Of a DNA stretch of 64,000 nucleotides, positions 25,454-40,500 are shown one piece after another. The DNA is from Azolla caroliniana. Its lineage: Eukaryota; Plantae; Polypodiophyta. The stretch's first letter is position 1, and the number at the start of each line of letters is the position of its first letter. The DNA lies in the NCBI GenBank assembly GCA_043228905.1, contig JBHGNT010000012.1:9920001-9984000 (forward strand), given 5' to 3'. Position numbers and translations under genes: made by a program. The notes beneath the pieces are model-generated. The model was not told the origin of the DNA and did no database searches. It was given only the letters and a program-made list of their open reading frames with translations.

Positions 25454-26854
25454 TTGTCCGAAGCCATTTCCGGAACCGGTTCTCTCCGAATCGGCGCACT
25501 TCTTCCAACACTCACTTTCCCTGTGGCCTTTCTTGCCACAGTACCAGCACTCCGCGATGGCTGTCCCTTGCCGGTTCTCATCGCTTCGACTCCCCCTGTT
25601 TCCAGAGGGTCCGGAGTTGCTGTCGGCATCACTTCTGTGCCTTCTTTCTTGATCTCGTCGGCCGCCTCCATTGCGCGCCGACTCGCCTTGTCCTCCACGT
25701 CCACGGGGCCTATCTCCCTCCGTGTACAACATTCTGATGTCGGTGTGTGTGCTTGTATACGCACGCGCGTGGTTCTCCTCTACCAGGAGCATTGACTATA
25801 AGTCGAAAAAGTACGTCGTATTCTCCCGGGTACATACAGCCGCTCAAAACGCTCCGAACTTCGACGCAAAACCTCCGAGCCAAATCTGGACCATCTCGCT
25901 CTCCTCGATGTTCACCTCTATGGAGGCGAGGGAGTCGCAGATATCCTTGATCTTCGAGGTATAGTCCGCCACTGACAAGTCGCATTGTCGTAGGTTGCTC
26001 AACTCCTGTCGGAGCTGAAGCTTCCTGGCTGTGGTGCTCGCGGCGAAAATCTTCTTCAGATTTTCCCACGCACCCTTCGGCGTCTTTGCATCCCGAACAT
26101 AGCTCAATAGTTCTTCGCCCACACACGACGCGAAACAGTATAATACCCTGCTCGCCGATTGCTCCCACGACGGGAAGTCTCTATGTGTTGATTCGGGTGC
26201 CGCGTCAGTAGCTCCTTCGACATAACTCTAGTAGCCATGCCCGAGTAGGTACTAGTGCATCTTGTAGGACCAAGATGCGTAGTTGGTTCTGTCGAGCTTC
26301 TCTGTTGGAAGCGAGCTCGCCATGCCTCTATCCATCGTTCTTCTTCGTCAAGTTGTGTCGGCTGCAGAGAGGTTCTCAACCCTCGCGCTCTGATACCATG
26401 TAAAAAGTAGCGTGCAGAAGCAAGTATGAAGACCGAACAGAAGGAAGAAAACTCAGGTCTAATGGAGAGCTTGAGCTTACGCAGTATACGCGGGAGAGTT
26501 AGAGAGAGTGAGAGAGGAAAAACACAAGAGGTATATTCAAAAAAATACACAATCTCTATTCACCACACTCTATACATACGTGTGTTCAATGAACACTTTT
26601 ATACAAGTCCTAGAAGGACTGACAGAAGTACTGATAGTACTTCAATGCTCATTGAGAGCTCCTACACTAACTCCCAAATATATTCCTCACGGAATATCTT
26701 TCCTAACGGCCTCCCGGTTTCCGCACCGATCCGGCCCTACCTACGCACCGGTCTGCGTACCGGTTTACGCATTCGGCCTAACCGATCGGTCCCAACTGAT
26801 CCGGTCCTCGGCTTCTTCAGCCGATCCGGCCGATGTTGAGCTTGTCTCTCAACA
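25454..26854 (-). mobile_element. Truncated copia C1 (5' LTR 26399-26854, PBS, gag)
   Basis: Minus-strand TGGTATCAGAGC PBS; gag EKLDRTNYASW..CWYCGKKGHRESEC; the 3' part is deleted together with part of M. Confidence 0.85.
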
Positions 26855-27695
26855 GAGTCCTCCAAAAGCACTCCAAGATCTTTTCGGTCCCGGATGTCCA
26901 CGGCTCATAGGAACCTGATCACTTTATTCGGTGCGAGGATAGGTTGATCTCTCGCAGACAACCTCCCGAACCGACTTTCGAATGACGAAAACACATCGAG
27001 GACATTCATACCCTTATCCGGTGTTTCCACCCAATCTTCGAATCCCCTCCTCGTTGCCTTGGAGAAGTCCTCGATGGCAAACATGGTCTCTAGCGCTGTA
27101 AAGAATCAAGAGATGGATTCTTGTAAAGCGGAATAGGTGTGAACTGTGTGTATGAGAGAGAGAGAGAGACAAGGAGTATACGCAAGGTAGATTGTATTAA
27201 CAAAGGAGAAAGACACCACATAATACAAGGTGGGAGGAGAATGCTTTATGTAGTCACCCTCTCTCTTCATTAACTACAAGGCTCATGGAGCATGGGGAAT
27301 GTGAAAGCTCATAAGTTATGTGTCATAGAATATGATTCTATGACTCATACTAAATGCTAGAATACAAAGTGGTGACATAATGGTGACTCTTGACCGTTGG
27401 AGTGTCTTTTCACTCTCAAGGTGAGTTCACAGACTAGACCAAGTTGAGCTTGATTCTCAACACGCCCCCTCAAGCTCAAGTCGGGTCCGTTTCAGACTGT
27501 ATCCGAAATCCACTTCAACTCGTGTTCTAGAGTCCGCGTCAACTCGTGTCGACTCGCATGTATGCAGAGTTGCGGAATCCGTGCTCCAGCTTGCGTTGTG
27601 CGTAGTTACGAAGTTAGTGCTTCAGCTTGCGTGTGTAGTTGCGAAGTCTGTGCTTGCGTGGTTGCGGAATCTACGCATTATTGTGTAGTGTCATC

Positions 27696-30600
27696 TATTA
27701 TAGATCTTGGTACTAACGTAAGCTTAAGATAAGGATAATGAAAAGATAGATAGAAAGGAGAAAGAGAAAGAAGGGTGCCGATCCACCCGACCACCCCCGA
27801 GCGAAGGGATCGAGACGGACTCGAGCCTCGATCGGCGTCCCATACCACCGTCGTGGCGTCGAGTCGTACCTGGTGCTCGCGCGCTCGCTACAAGAGTTGA
27901 CCCACCACACGAGCAGAGTCTCGATGTAGTCAAAAGATGATCAAATGAGGGTAGCTAGGCCTCTTATTTATAGCGATACCCAAGGCCCCCAGGCAAGTTC
28001 ACACTTGACCTAATGGGTTGTCTCAATCCCGAGGATTAAAAGTAATCCTCCCCTTCTTTACACTCTCATTTAACCCTCACACTTATCGACGTGTATAGAA
28101 TACTACTGTAAATTCTTACCACGGGATATTATATGGTCATGCCCGTAACATACTCCCCCTCTTTAAAACATTGCACTCTTGCAATGGAAAGTTAGGGAAG
28201 TTAGTTCTAAGAGTATTTTCGCGTTCCCATGTGGCATCTTTTATTGATTTATCCATCCATTTTATTTTGAATTCTCGCATTTCTTTAGTACGTAATTTTT
28301 TTGTTTTAACATCGAGAATTCTTTCTGGTACATGTGGTTTAGAAGATAATTCTTCAGAAGTAACCAGAGTTTCAGTCGTAACTGTATTGTCGCCAGAACC
28401 TAGAAGTTCTTTTAGACGACTCACATGAAAGACTGGATGAATTCCGACACCATCGGGAAGAGCGAGACGATAGGCTGATGACCCAATTCGTTTGAGGACT
28501 GTAAAAGGTCCACAAAACCGTGGGGCTAACTTAGCGCACTTACCCGTAGACAATGTCTTAGAATTGTGAGGTACACGTAAAAATACCTTCTGTCCAGGGT
28601 TGAATACACGAGGTTGCCTATGATGATCGGCATAAAAACGCGCTCTATCTTGAGCTGTTTTTATATTATCTCGTGCAATATGCAACATATCTTGCATATC
28701 CCGAAGAAAGTTTTGCGTACTTCGCAACTCATCATGATGTATATTAACATCAATCGGGGCTCGTGGCTGAAAACCATACATCAACATAAAAGGACTATAT
28801 CCCGTCGACGTATGCTTGGAGCTGTTATAAGCAAACTCCAAAATTGGGAGATAACGTTCCCATTTTGTTGGTTTTGCACCAACGTATGCTCGAAGCATGT
28901 CCTCAATAATTTGATTTACTCGTTCTGTCTGTCCATCGGATTGAGGATGATCCGTGGAGCTCATGCTCAACGTAGTTTCTAACTTCTTAAAGACTTGTGT
29001 CCAGAAGTCACTAGTAAACTTTGGATCTCGATCACTCACGATATCCATCGGTAACCCATAAAAACGAAACAATTCGTCAACGAATTGGTAAGCCAATTCA
29101 GGAGCTGTTACCGTGGTTTTAGTAGCAATAAATCTGGCCATTTTAGTTAGTCGATCAACGACAACCCAGATGGCATCATGACCTTTTTGGGTGCGAGGAA
29201 GGCTAACAATAAAATCCATGGATATACTTTCCCACTTATTATTGGGAATGTCCAAGGGATGTAAAAGTCCTGCGGCTTTAAGTCGCTCGGCTTTGTTAAC
29301 CTGACACTGGTGACATTTAGTCACATAGCTATGTATGTCAGGACGCATCTTAGGCCAATAAAATTGAGTGGAGATGAGAACGAGTGTACGATGTATTCCA
29401 GGGTGCCCTGCGGAGGGTGCATCATGGCATTCAAAAAGAATCCTCTTTTTGACCTCGGGTAAATCTGGAACACAAACCTTCCCATTACGGTAGAGCAAAC
29501 CGTTAGCAATGTGGAAGTATTCCTTCGAGGATGTGGTGGTGTCTGTTCCAGACTCAACTCTTGCCCAGTATTTTGTGAAATAACTGTCATCAGGATACTT
29601 TCCTCGAAGGTGATCATAAAGATCTGATGATATTTCAGTGAAGCTAAGCGTGTTAACTTCACGGATGCGACTTAGTGCATCAGCGACAATGTTCATGGAA
29701 CCTTTACGATATCGTATGGAAAAATCGAAGTCCTGGATGAGATCAGCCCATCGTGCCTTACGACCTTTCAGGTCTTGTTGGTCACAAAAATATTTCAAGG
29801 ACTCGTGGTCCGTAGTTACCACAAAGTGATTTCCATAAAGATAATGGCGCCATGTTTTGAGCGCATGTATAACTGCAAATAATTCCTTTTCTTGAACGGT
29901 ATACCGACATTGAGCAGAATCAAGTTTCTTACTCTCGAATGCTATTGTTTACCATCTTGATACAAGACAGCACCTATAGCATAATCGCTTGCATCGGTTT
30001 CAACCTCAAAAGGTTTTGAAGGATCAGGTAAAAGAAGTGAAGGAGCCTTGCAAACTAGGTCCTTGAGTTCCTTAAATGCAAGGTCTAGTGTAGCATTCCA
30101 CACAATAGGTTTTGTAGACTTACGCGTTTGACCTTTTAAAAGATCAGTAAACGGCGTCGTCAATTGGGAGTAATTACGAAGAGACTTTCGCAAAAACCCC
30201 ACAAAACCAAGGAATGATCGAACTTCTCGAATATTCCGAAGAGTGGGCCAAAGCTTGATTTTCTCAATGCGAGAAGGATCAATTTCAACTCCTCGTTCGG
30301 TTATGAGATGTCCTAGATAAGTAATTGATTTCTTGAAGAACTCACATTTTGAGATCTTCGCATAAAACTGTTTGTCACGCAATGTTTGTAAAACAAAGCG
30401 GACATGTCTAGCATGTTCTTGTAATGTACGGCTATAAACTAAAATATCATCCAAGAAAATAACGACAAATTTTCCAAGTTGTTCTCGGAAAATGTCATTC
30501 ATTTCTTGTTGAAAAGTAGCCGGAGCATTGGTTAAACCAAAAGGCATAACCAAAAACTCGTAATGGCCATAGCGCGTACGAAATGCCGTTTTAGGAACAT

Positions 30601-33600
30601 CGTCCTCACTTATTCGTATTTGATGGTAGCCAGTACGGAGATCAAGTTTCGTAAAATACCGAGCTCCCTGGAGACGGTCAATTAGATCGTCAGCCCGGGG
30701 CAATGGATACGAATTCTTGATCGTCACTTTATTCAAGCGTCGGTAATTAATACACATACGCCATGTGCCCTCTTTCTTTTTAACCAAGAGAACTGGTGCA
30801 CCCCATGGAGATTTACTATAACGTATATAACCCATTCGTAAATTGTCCTTGAGTTGCTTAGATACCTCATCTTCTTCGGATCGACTTAAGCGATACGGAG
30901 GTATACTTATTGGTGCAACACCAGGTACAATATCTATACGATGGTCTATATTACGTTTAGGAGGTAACCCATCAGGTAGTTCACTTGGAAAAACATCATG
31001 AAAATCATTTAAGATTTCATCAAGTTGTTGTTGTTCAAAATATGTTAATTGAATCGGGACATTATCGATATTGTAAACGTGAATGTCCGGATCAAGTACT
31101 CAATAAAATAACGTAGAACAAGACAACTCGGATATTGATGGACACGAGGAAACAATCGAGAGGGATTGTTTTTTTACACATTGAATAAAATGCGTACAAT
31201 CGTTCAGTACAAAAGAAATGGAATGACGAACCCAATCAATAAATAAAGAAGAGTTTTTATTATAAAACCAGGGATAACCCAGTATTACATCGGTGGTACA
31301 AAGATTCATTACATGGAAGTCTACTTCCTCTATATAAGTATCAATAGAAATTCCTAATGAATGAATCGCCCCGTTGATGTATTGTACTCTTCCATCAGCC
31401 AAGTGCACCGTGTAGGTGTGATCACTTACGGTGGGTTGGATTCCCCATATCTGAACCAAACGATCATTCACAAAATTGTGTGAGCTTCCCGAATCAAATA
31501 AAAACTGTACGGGAGATCCATTGATATACCCGTTTGCACGTAGTAAATCATTGGGACCCAATACATAGTGAGGGAAAGAACATTGACAATTACTTAAATG
31601 ATGTGTATAGACCAGAAGGACATTAGGAATCTGACCTTTATGGTCTGCAGCTTTAGCTTTGTTGTCGTGCTCTTTCCGTTGGAGCTTTCGACATTGATCT
31701 TTTGTATGACCCTTCTTTCTGCAGAATACACAAAAAGGATGTTGTCGCTTACAATCGCGATCCAGGAATTCGTTGGGTGTCTTGCGTTTCCCAACAAATT
31801 GCAACTGCTTAGTCCCGGGCGCTTCGTTGGGTTTGTTATGGTCCTTCTTCGAAGTGCGTTGATAGCGAAGAACTATTTCAACGGCCTCTTCGAAGGATTT
31901 TGGATCCTTATCGTGCACTATCTAGTGATAGTCCGAATTGGGGATGCCATTGACAAAACAAGCTATCAACCAATTGTCCCCTTCTAGACCCGATTTTTGG
32001 ATTTGGGTTCTAGCATGGTGAACATAGTCTTCTAGCGAGGAAAATTTCCTGCTAGAGAGGTTCATTAAAGCTTGTGCTGCCTCGGTTCGAGAGGGAGGTT
32101 GCAGAAATTGGCCCTTAAAAACCGTGACAAAATCTGTCCAGGTATCGGGCAATTTCCCCATAGTACGGAGGCCACGCCACCAGGCGGCGGCCTTACCCCC
32201 GAGTTCTCGGCCGACATATGCAATCTTCGTACTATCTGGCGTGGGATAGAGCTCAAAATGAGACTCCCATCGTCCCAGCCATGTGCAGATTGCTTCTTCG
32301 GTTCTTTCCTTTTTGTCTCCCGTAAATGGCTTAACGACAAATGATGGTTCACCTTGTCGCTCATCAGGTCTATTAGTCTCACGTTGTAGACTAATGACAC
32401 GTGCCTCAAGAGCACTCTGAGATTGCCGAAGTTCGGTCATCTGTTGAGCGGTGAAACTAAGGAATTGGGTTATTTGTGCCAAATACATCTCAGTGGACAT
32501 TTGTCTAGGAGGATTCCCTTGAGTTCCTTCCGCTTGAGCGGATGACATCGGGTCGTTAATTTGAGCCATTTAAGATTATTTCTGGAAAAGAAATAGGATA
32601 AGGTCAGAGATATAGTCATAACATCTTGTCGTGATGTAAACATATCATGGGCGAGCATTAATCGATATCATTATCTCACGTCAATACCCCTCTAGACGTA
32701 TGAGATGAGGTTCAAGATCAGGTTACTATGGTAACACAAAGGTGTTTTAAAAACCATGGGGGTGACAAATAAATGTCTTTCCCTGATCTCTATATCGATT
32801 TTTTCATGGTGGCTCCCCGAGGCTCAACCATGTATGTTCGCGTCATGAATAGTTTATACACGAAAAAAAATGTTAACAATAAACTATGTTTCGGTGCCCA
32901 CATAAGTGGTTTCGGCTCTTTAAGTCCTATTACGAGGACCCCGAGGTGCACTTAGACCTTAAGTCTAAACATGTGTTATAGTCATATGTATCAAGGATGT
33001 TGTATGGTCTTGGTCATATTTGAACTCGAGACCTCGAGAACAAATACATTAAACACTTGAGCCAACCAAGTAAGTTGCTCTTCTCGAATGCTTAATGTTT
33101 GATGCGTATAAGAGATATGCGAGGCAATTGATCATATATGTTTTTTTTAAAAGAACATATATGTCAAGGTCCTTATTTCGCCCTCATTTACCAAAACTAT
33201 GTTGGTACGTTACCTAACCTCAAGTCTCGTAATTACGATGGCATATGCTAAAGGGCAACCTAATGGTCAAGCCAAATGAGCCCTCGTTTCGTAGTAGGCT
33301 CACGTGGGCCATCACATGGTCACGTCATTACGAATGCCTCTCGTAAGAACGAGCTCATGGTGGCATCGTATCCATGTAACGAGGGAAGGATGTTGGATAC
33401 GTGCGTCATTGGAGCGACCTCACTTGAAGTGGGTCAAGCCCTACGTACTCAACATCATTATGGCTATTGCGTTTCTTTACGTAATGAAATCGAGGTCATC
33501 AACGGGGTTATCAACAATAAAAAAATGTTGAAAAAGGGATGGTGACAACGCCATTCTCACAAAAATGTGAGGACGGCCACCAACATCCTTTTCCCGACAA

Positions 33601-34712
33601 GGACAACTTTCGATATAATCACGTAATAACGAATATACACATATGTTTACTTATCACATATATACGATCAAATACGTATATATGTGACCACATATGCCTA
33701 TATTAAACATATCGTTATATTAAATAGCCACAAATGATGTGATCGAGATACGTAATCGAGGTATATACCTCTACGCACACGAAACATCCACAAATAAGAG
33801 ATCATCGTAATACGCAATGGAGGTATTGACCTCTTACGCATACGAGACCAAACGCATATCGTTTACAACAAATCAAGGTATTAAACTCATACGCAAACGT
33901 AACATATGTTCGTGAACGTAATACGTAATTGAGGTATTAACCTCGTACGCATACGACACTCATCACATATTATTAATATGTCAAACGAGGTATTGACCTC
34001 GTGCACATATGTAAACGTTTTAGATAATCAATTAAAGACCACTACAACATCATTGTCTTAATGAAAAAAATTACATATAAACTAAACACATGATTAGATG
34101 GGAGAAGAGAGAATAGAAAGAAAAATAATGGAAAGAGTTACCGAAGTTCTTTGTTGATCGTTGTCTGGATCAAGGCCAACCGCACAACGATCGATCAGCA
34201 TCAATCAAAAGACAAATGAAAAACAAAGAAACATTAGTACAAAAATCTGATACCAAATATTATAGATCTTGGTACTAACGTAAGCTTAAGATAAGGATAA
34301 TGAAAAGATAGATAGAAAGGAGAAAGAGAAAGAAGGGTGCCGATCCACCCGACCACCCCCGAGCGAAGGGATCGAGACGGACTCGAGCCTCGATCGGCGT
34401 CCCATACCACCGCCGTGGCGTCGAGTCGTACCTGGTGCTCGCGCGCTCGCTACAAGAGTTGACCCACCACACGAGCAGAGTCTCGATGTAGTCAAAAGAT
34501 GATCAAATGAGGGTAGCTAGGCCTCTTATTTATAGCGATACCCAAGGCCCCCAGGCAAGTTCACACTTGACCTAATGGGTTGTCTCAATCCCGAGGATTA
34601 AAAGTAATCCTCCCCTTCTTTACACTCTCATTTAACCCTCACACTTATCCACGTGTATAGAATACTACGGTAAATTCTTACCACGGGATATTATATGGTC
34701 ATGCCCGTAACA
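27696..34712 (-). mobile_element. Ty3/gypsy chromovirus G1b (LTRs 27696-28150 and 34258-34712, TSD TCATC)
   Basis: 455-bp LTRs with about 3 differences; TCATC flanks; PBS TGGTATCAGA; PPT AGGGGGAG. Confidence 0.95.
28137..32569 (-). pseudogene. G1b gag-PR-RT-RH-INT-chromodomain polyprotein, disrupted
   Basis: ORFs 31922-32569, 31100-31918, 29942-30835 and 28137-29822. TAG where G1a has TGG near 31922; frameshift near 29945; chromodomain PERILD..FKIKW..DATWE. Confidence 0.93.
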
Positions 34713-36494
34713 TCATCAGTACTCACCCTCAAGCTTGGCAGGTCAGGGATCGTCAATCCGAGATCGGTCATGAATTTCCATAGCTTGTCGGCTCCTAAGG
34801 CTTTAGTGAAGATGTCAGCCGTTTGAAGATTGGTGCTAATGTGTTGTAGGTCGACATCGCCAGGTAGAACGCGCTCTCGGATGAAGTGATAGTGCACTTC
34901 GATGTGCTTTGTCCGCGCGTGGAACACCGGGTTCCGAGCCAGATAAATACTGCTCATGTTGTCGCAGTAAAGGGGAGTCGGATCCTTGATGGGAACGCCC
35001 AAATCCTTTAAAATCCTCTTAAGCCATACGACTTCACATGCAGCTACGGCTGCGCCCCTATATTCTGCCTCCGTACTCGAAAGAGTGACGGTAGGCTGCT
35101 TCTTGCTACTCCAGGATATTGCTCTGCTGCCGAGGGAGAACAAATCCGTAGGTTGATCTTCTATCGTCTTTGTAGCCGGCCCAATCGGCGTATGTGTACC
35201 CCTCGAGTCGTATTGGCGTCGCGGAATTGTAGAGGATGCCGCAATCCATTGTGCCGCTCACGTATCGTAGAACTCGCTTAGCGCAATCCAAGTGAGTTTG
35301 CATGAATTGGCTAAGGAGACCGACCGGATAACTGAGATCCGGTCGAGTGATCGTAAGGTAGATGAGACTCCCGATGAGTTGCCGATACTGAGTCGGCTCA
35401 CACACTTTGGTGCCGGAGTTCGCATCTAGTTTGAGATTACGATCGAGCGGGGTTGCCACAGATTTGCACTCAGCCATCCCGAACTTGTATAATAAGTTGA
35501 TGATGTAGTGCCGTTGAGAGATCATGATTCCGGCCGGAGTCCGAATTACCTCGATGCCGAGGAAGTAGTGGAGCTCCTTCATGTCCGTGATCTCGAACTT
35601 GTCAGAAAGGAGGGATTTGACTTTATTGAATTCGACGAGATGCTCACCTCCAATGACTAGGTCATCCATATATAAAATGATGACGATCGGACTTGCGGAA
35701 TCGCTTCGTATGTAGAGGGAGTTGTCCGATTTTGACATACGGAAGCCGATTTGATGAAGATATTGTGTTATCTTCGAATGCCAAGCACGCGGTGCTTGCT
35801 TGAGGCCGTAGAGTGGCTTCTTGAGTCGGCATACGGCTTTTGGATGAGTGCTCGAGTTGAAGCCGGGTGGTTGGATCATGTACACCTCCTCTTCTAATTC
35901 GCCTTGTAGAAAGGCGTTCTTGACGTCCATTTGATGGAGGTGCCACCCACCCTTTCGCCACGGCAAGCGCAATTACAGTCCGCCCCGTTGTCATCTTTGC
36001 CACTGGGGCAAAGGTCTCTTCGTAGTCGACGCCATGCGTCTGAGCGTATCCTTTCGCTACGAGTCGAGCTTTGTAGTGGTTTACGGAGCCATTGGCGTTA
36101 TACTTCACCTTGTAGATCCATCTGCATCCGATCGCCTTTTTGTGTGGTGAGGTGGGAACGAGATCCCACATCTCGTTCTTCTGTAGTGCCTGCATCTCCT
36201 CGTTCATTGCTTAGATCCATCGCGGGTCCTTCGCGGCTTCTGAAAAGGTTTCCGACTCTCGTACTGTTGCTACCTTCATCATAAAGGCGTAATGGTACGC
36301 CATATAATCGTTGTAGCCGAATCGGCTTACGGGGTTCTTTTCACGGGTGGAGCGACGGAGCTTTTCATTTGCTGAGATGAGGGCTTTCTTAGCTCCGATT
36401 GGTACATCGAAGCCGCCGAACTCACTGTCGAGTGAGTGAGTCGATTCATCGTTGTCGAGGCAATCGTCTTCATATTCCGCCATTTTCGCCTTGC
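34713..36494 (-). pseudogene. C2 copia RT-RNaseH (disrupted)
   Basis: [55 protein letters not shown]. Confidence 0.93.
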
Positions 36495-37543
36495 AACACG
36501 TTCGCGTTCACAAGTGGAAGGATTGCGCATTCCACTTGTAGAATCTTCTTAAAACGAAGCAAATACACCCTCTCTACAAAAATTGGATGCACTAGTATGA
36601 CATGTTCCTCAACTTGATGAGAATTTCCATATATAAAAATACATGATAGATCTACGAGTGGAGATCATTAGAAATCATGCAAGTTTAGACATGTTGATAA
36701 GTTAATGTAGGCATAATAAAGTTCAACTATGGCTCAATATGGCACTACTGTGCGACAAGGGAAACACTAACTTAAAGACTTATATTAATTAGGTAAGTTT
36801 TACAAAAATATGAGGTGTACTTGTATCCATACTAATAAAATGAGATATAATTTATACTTTGACCCATACGTGCATGTATGTAATTGTGGAAAATGTAGGA
36901 TAGTGCACATTAGGATAAGTGATTGCTTCCAACTAACTTATTAAAGTATTCAATACTTGTATTTAAAGTTGATCTAATCTATTCCTCAGTTTGTTCATAT
37001 GAGATCAAACCATATGTGTATATAATTGTGCACAATGTAAGGCAGTGATCTTTAGGATAATGTCGTGGAAATAACAAACCTATTAGGCTTTCATACATGT
37101 ATTTAAAATTGGTCTATTCTATTGCTTAGGTGATTCACACAAGATCAAACTCCGAACGATAACGCAACTGGAACCATTATCAACACACTACACAATCTAA
37201 GCAACAATGGAATAGAAACATAATAGTTTTAATAATAGAAGACAAAGATCCATAATAACAACATGGATAGTCATGGCAACAATTATAGGGCCATGTTCTG
37301 TTAAGGTTAGCTTGGACCAAAATCAGCCTCCATTTAAACTAGTTCATGTTTCTCCATAAGTTTGGTAGTCAGCTATGCACGCGGTGAAACCAATGTCATA
37401 AATCTACTAATCAAGTATATAAAAATAAAATTGAAACATATAGAAGATTATAAAGAATAGAATCCACTAGGTAAAACCCAATATTTGTATTAATAATGTG
37501 AAATCTTAACATATCGTCAGTGTCATATTCTTCATAGAGTCTA

Positions 37544-40500
37544 TTACATAGCAATCAATTCATCAACGTCATTTTCTTCATCATCTTGTGTAGAACTGTC
37601 TTCGGATATACGTGCATTGGTTTCCCCTGTTAGTCGAGCCAATGAAATATCTTCTATAAGCTCATCATCAAGCTCTATTAGCTCCCCCGGTTCGCCGGCT
37701 AACGGAGGAATAGGCTCTCGCGAAGCAGGTTGAAACCTTTCTGTATTGGCGAGGTTCTTTGCACCGACCTCCTCATCCTGGTCTGGGCACTCCCACAAAG
37801 CCTTAATCCGCATATTAATAAATATAACTTGGTCCTCGTCCTTCTCCAATGCAACTGTATTTCTAAACAACTTCAATGCACATGCTGACGTAGTTCCTGT
37901 GATGTAAGTAACAAGAAGATTTAGTTGTCAAACGAAAAAAAAGTGATTGGTTATCTCAAGATCGTTACCCTAGTTCGAGGAATACCTGTGCCAGAAAAGA
38001 GATCTAATATCCAGTCTCCTTCAACAGAAAACATCTCGATCAAGCGCATCATAAGTCGTTGAGGTTTTTGGTATGGGTTGACAAGTCCCCGTTCTGTCGT
38101 GGTGACATGTCGCAATTTCCGAGTCACTGCTGGATATACCAACAGATTTGAACCTCCCACTTCATTAGAATGCTCTTTGATTCTCTGTTTCTTAATTTCA
38201 TCGAAGTAGCCAACCGTTATGTATTCAATGGCATTAACGAACCGAAAAGTTGGCCCTCTATTTACATTGGTCTTGATCCTATAAAAAATAATACATCGAG
38301 TTAAGAATAGATTCAACAACCTTAAGAAATGCAATATAGTGAAAGACACCTATAAATAATCCTTACCATGCAAGGTTCTCGATGCCATGGCAACGAGATC
38401 TCAAAGCTTGAGCTACCGAGTACCCTTGGTCCATACTATGAAAGACAACTATTCGCCACAAGGATGCGGTCGTTAGCTCAGCGAAATCCTTGACCATCTT
38501 CTCCAATTGTTTAAACCTAAACGGTTCATCGTCGTATGATGACCCAGCCATTCGAAATCCGTAAGGAATATCCGCAATCATTAGCGTATATTCCTTCTTT
38601 GGCACCTTCTGGATCAAGTCGATGACATCACCGCAAACCACATTGTAGTAAAGATCTCTTGTAATATCTTTTTTGTGGCTAAATTTTTTAAAGGAGCCAT
38701 CTTCCTCCATTTCGTACGCCTTGACTAAGCGACAATCCTTTTCTTTTCTGGCTCGTTCGAGATGTGCAAGGAAGGATGTAGGGAAATCGTGTATATCCTT
38801 AACTTCTCCTTGTTTCTTGCCTCGACACGGTTTCTAATAGAAGCAATAGGACATCAGGTATTATTATACAAGCTCTACATATGATGAAAGGGTAATGAAA
38901 AAACATGAATACTAACCCAATCCTTGAATGCAATAAAATACTCTGATAACGCCTTATACGAAGACGTTAGAGGATAATCCTCGGTCACTTGTTCCCAAGT
39001 TATACATCCAAGTTGTTTCATCATAACTTCTTGGATCTTCATGTACACCTTATGACCGTAAAATTAGAAATCAAGATTAGAACTTTGAATTACACAAGAT
39101 AGACTACAATTTCAGTATTTGAGGGACTTACTTATTGAACTCAGTGACCATTTCTTCAAGGCTTAAATCTTTCTCCACAACCCTTGACAAAACCGACACA
39201 AGAAGCTGCTCGTCCTTAATACCTTGCATCGCTCTCCATAGAGACAGCTTCATGTCATCTGCCGCTTCTTCAATTGTCAAGTCAATTTTCTTGGCGGCTT
39301 GTGACTTTAACTCTAGTTGAGGGTCAACCCTACATTTCTTTTGTCGTTGACCCTTTACCTCCTTATTCTCCCACATTGAGAAGATTTAATCTTGTAGGTC
39401 CCATACTTCTCCATCTCTAAACGCCAATTGAAACCAAGACTCATACTTTCGAAGACCATCGGACCTAACATTATCATCTACCACAATGCCGACTTCATGC
39501 AGACATTGACGTCGAAGGCCTGGATGTAACTTCACACCAAACTTTTGTTTCACATCTAAATACTCGTGGTGGAAGAACCGTATACGCTCAATGGACGACA
39601 TTTTCTGCCTATAGTCATTATCATTATTATGGTCCCATGCCAACAACTTAGCCTCTTCGGTTGTGAGCCCAACATAAATTTTGCACTCGGCATACTTGAA
39701 GAAGAAAGTCGTTGGATGTTCTCTCACAAGTTGCCGACGTGCCTCTGTTGAATGCGATCCACCAATGACAAAATAATTATATTGATCATGTTTTCTAATA
39801 TCAAAATCTTCAATGGTTTCACATTCTTCAGGATCTACCATAACAATAAAAGGCACCACAGTGGCATGAGGATTAATTTTCATTTTTTTCTTGAGATTTT
39901 GAACATGCATGCGGTGAGGCTCTCTAATCTCAAGTGGTCTTCGACCTGTTTTTTCATCAATAGGGGGCCGATGGATGTGTGTTATAGGTAAATTAAATAC
40001 TTGCCCTTTCCTGACTAGCTTCCGTTGCATTAACTCTCTCCTTATTTTATTCTGCTTGGATGACAAAACACCCGAGGCCAGCTCAGCTCCTGGCGTCCCC
40101 TTATTATCCTCCTCTTCGTTTTCACTTGTTGAATCCGTATCCGACATTTTCGTTGTCTTCTTCTTTGCTGGTCTTGACTGGACTTTGGAAACCTTTTTTG
40201 TTGGCTTCAATGGGGAGGGCACTTCATCTCTTAGAGTTACATGGCCTTGTATATAAGGCCTCAAGGTAACGATAAGGTTTTGTGGGCTATCAAGTGCTTT
40301 TTTGAACACTTCTGGCCCACAAGATTCTTTTACTAAAAGGTCTTCTGAAAGGAACACTTTACGTACCCCCTTGGAGCACTCTATCATTACCAGTATGTTG
40401 GCCGAATCTGCATCTTCGTAGTCAAATCGTAGAATACGGCCATACATAAATGGGGTTTCCTTTCCAAGTTGCCCCTCACCCTTCTTCTTTGTTGTATACA

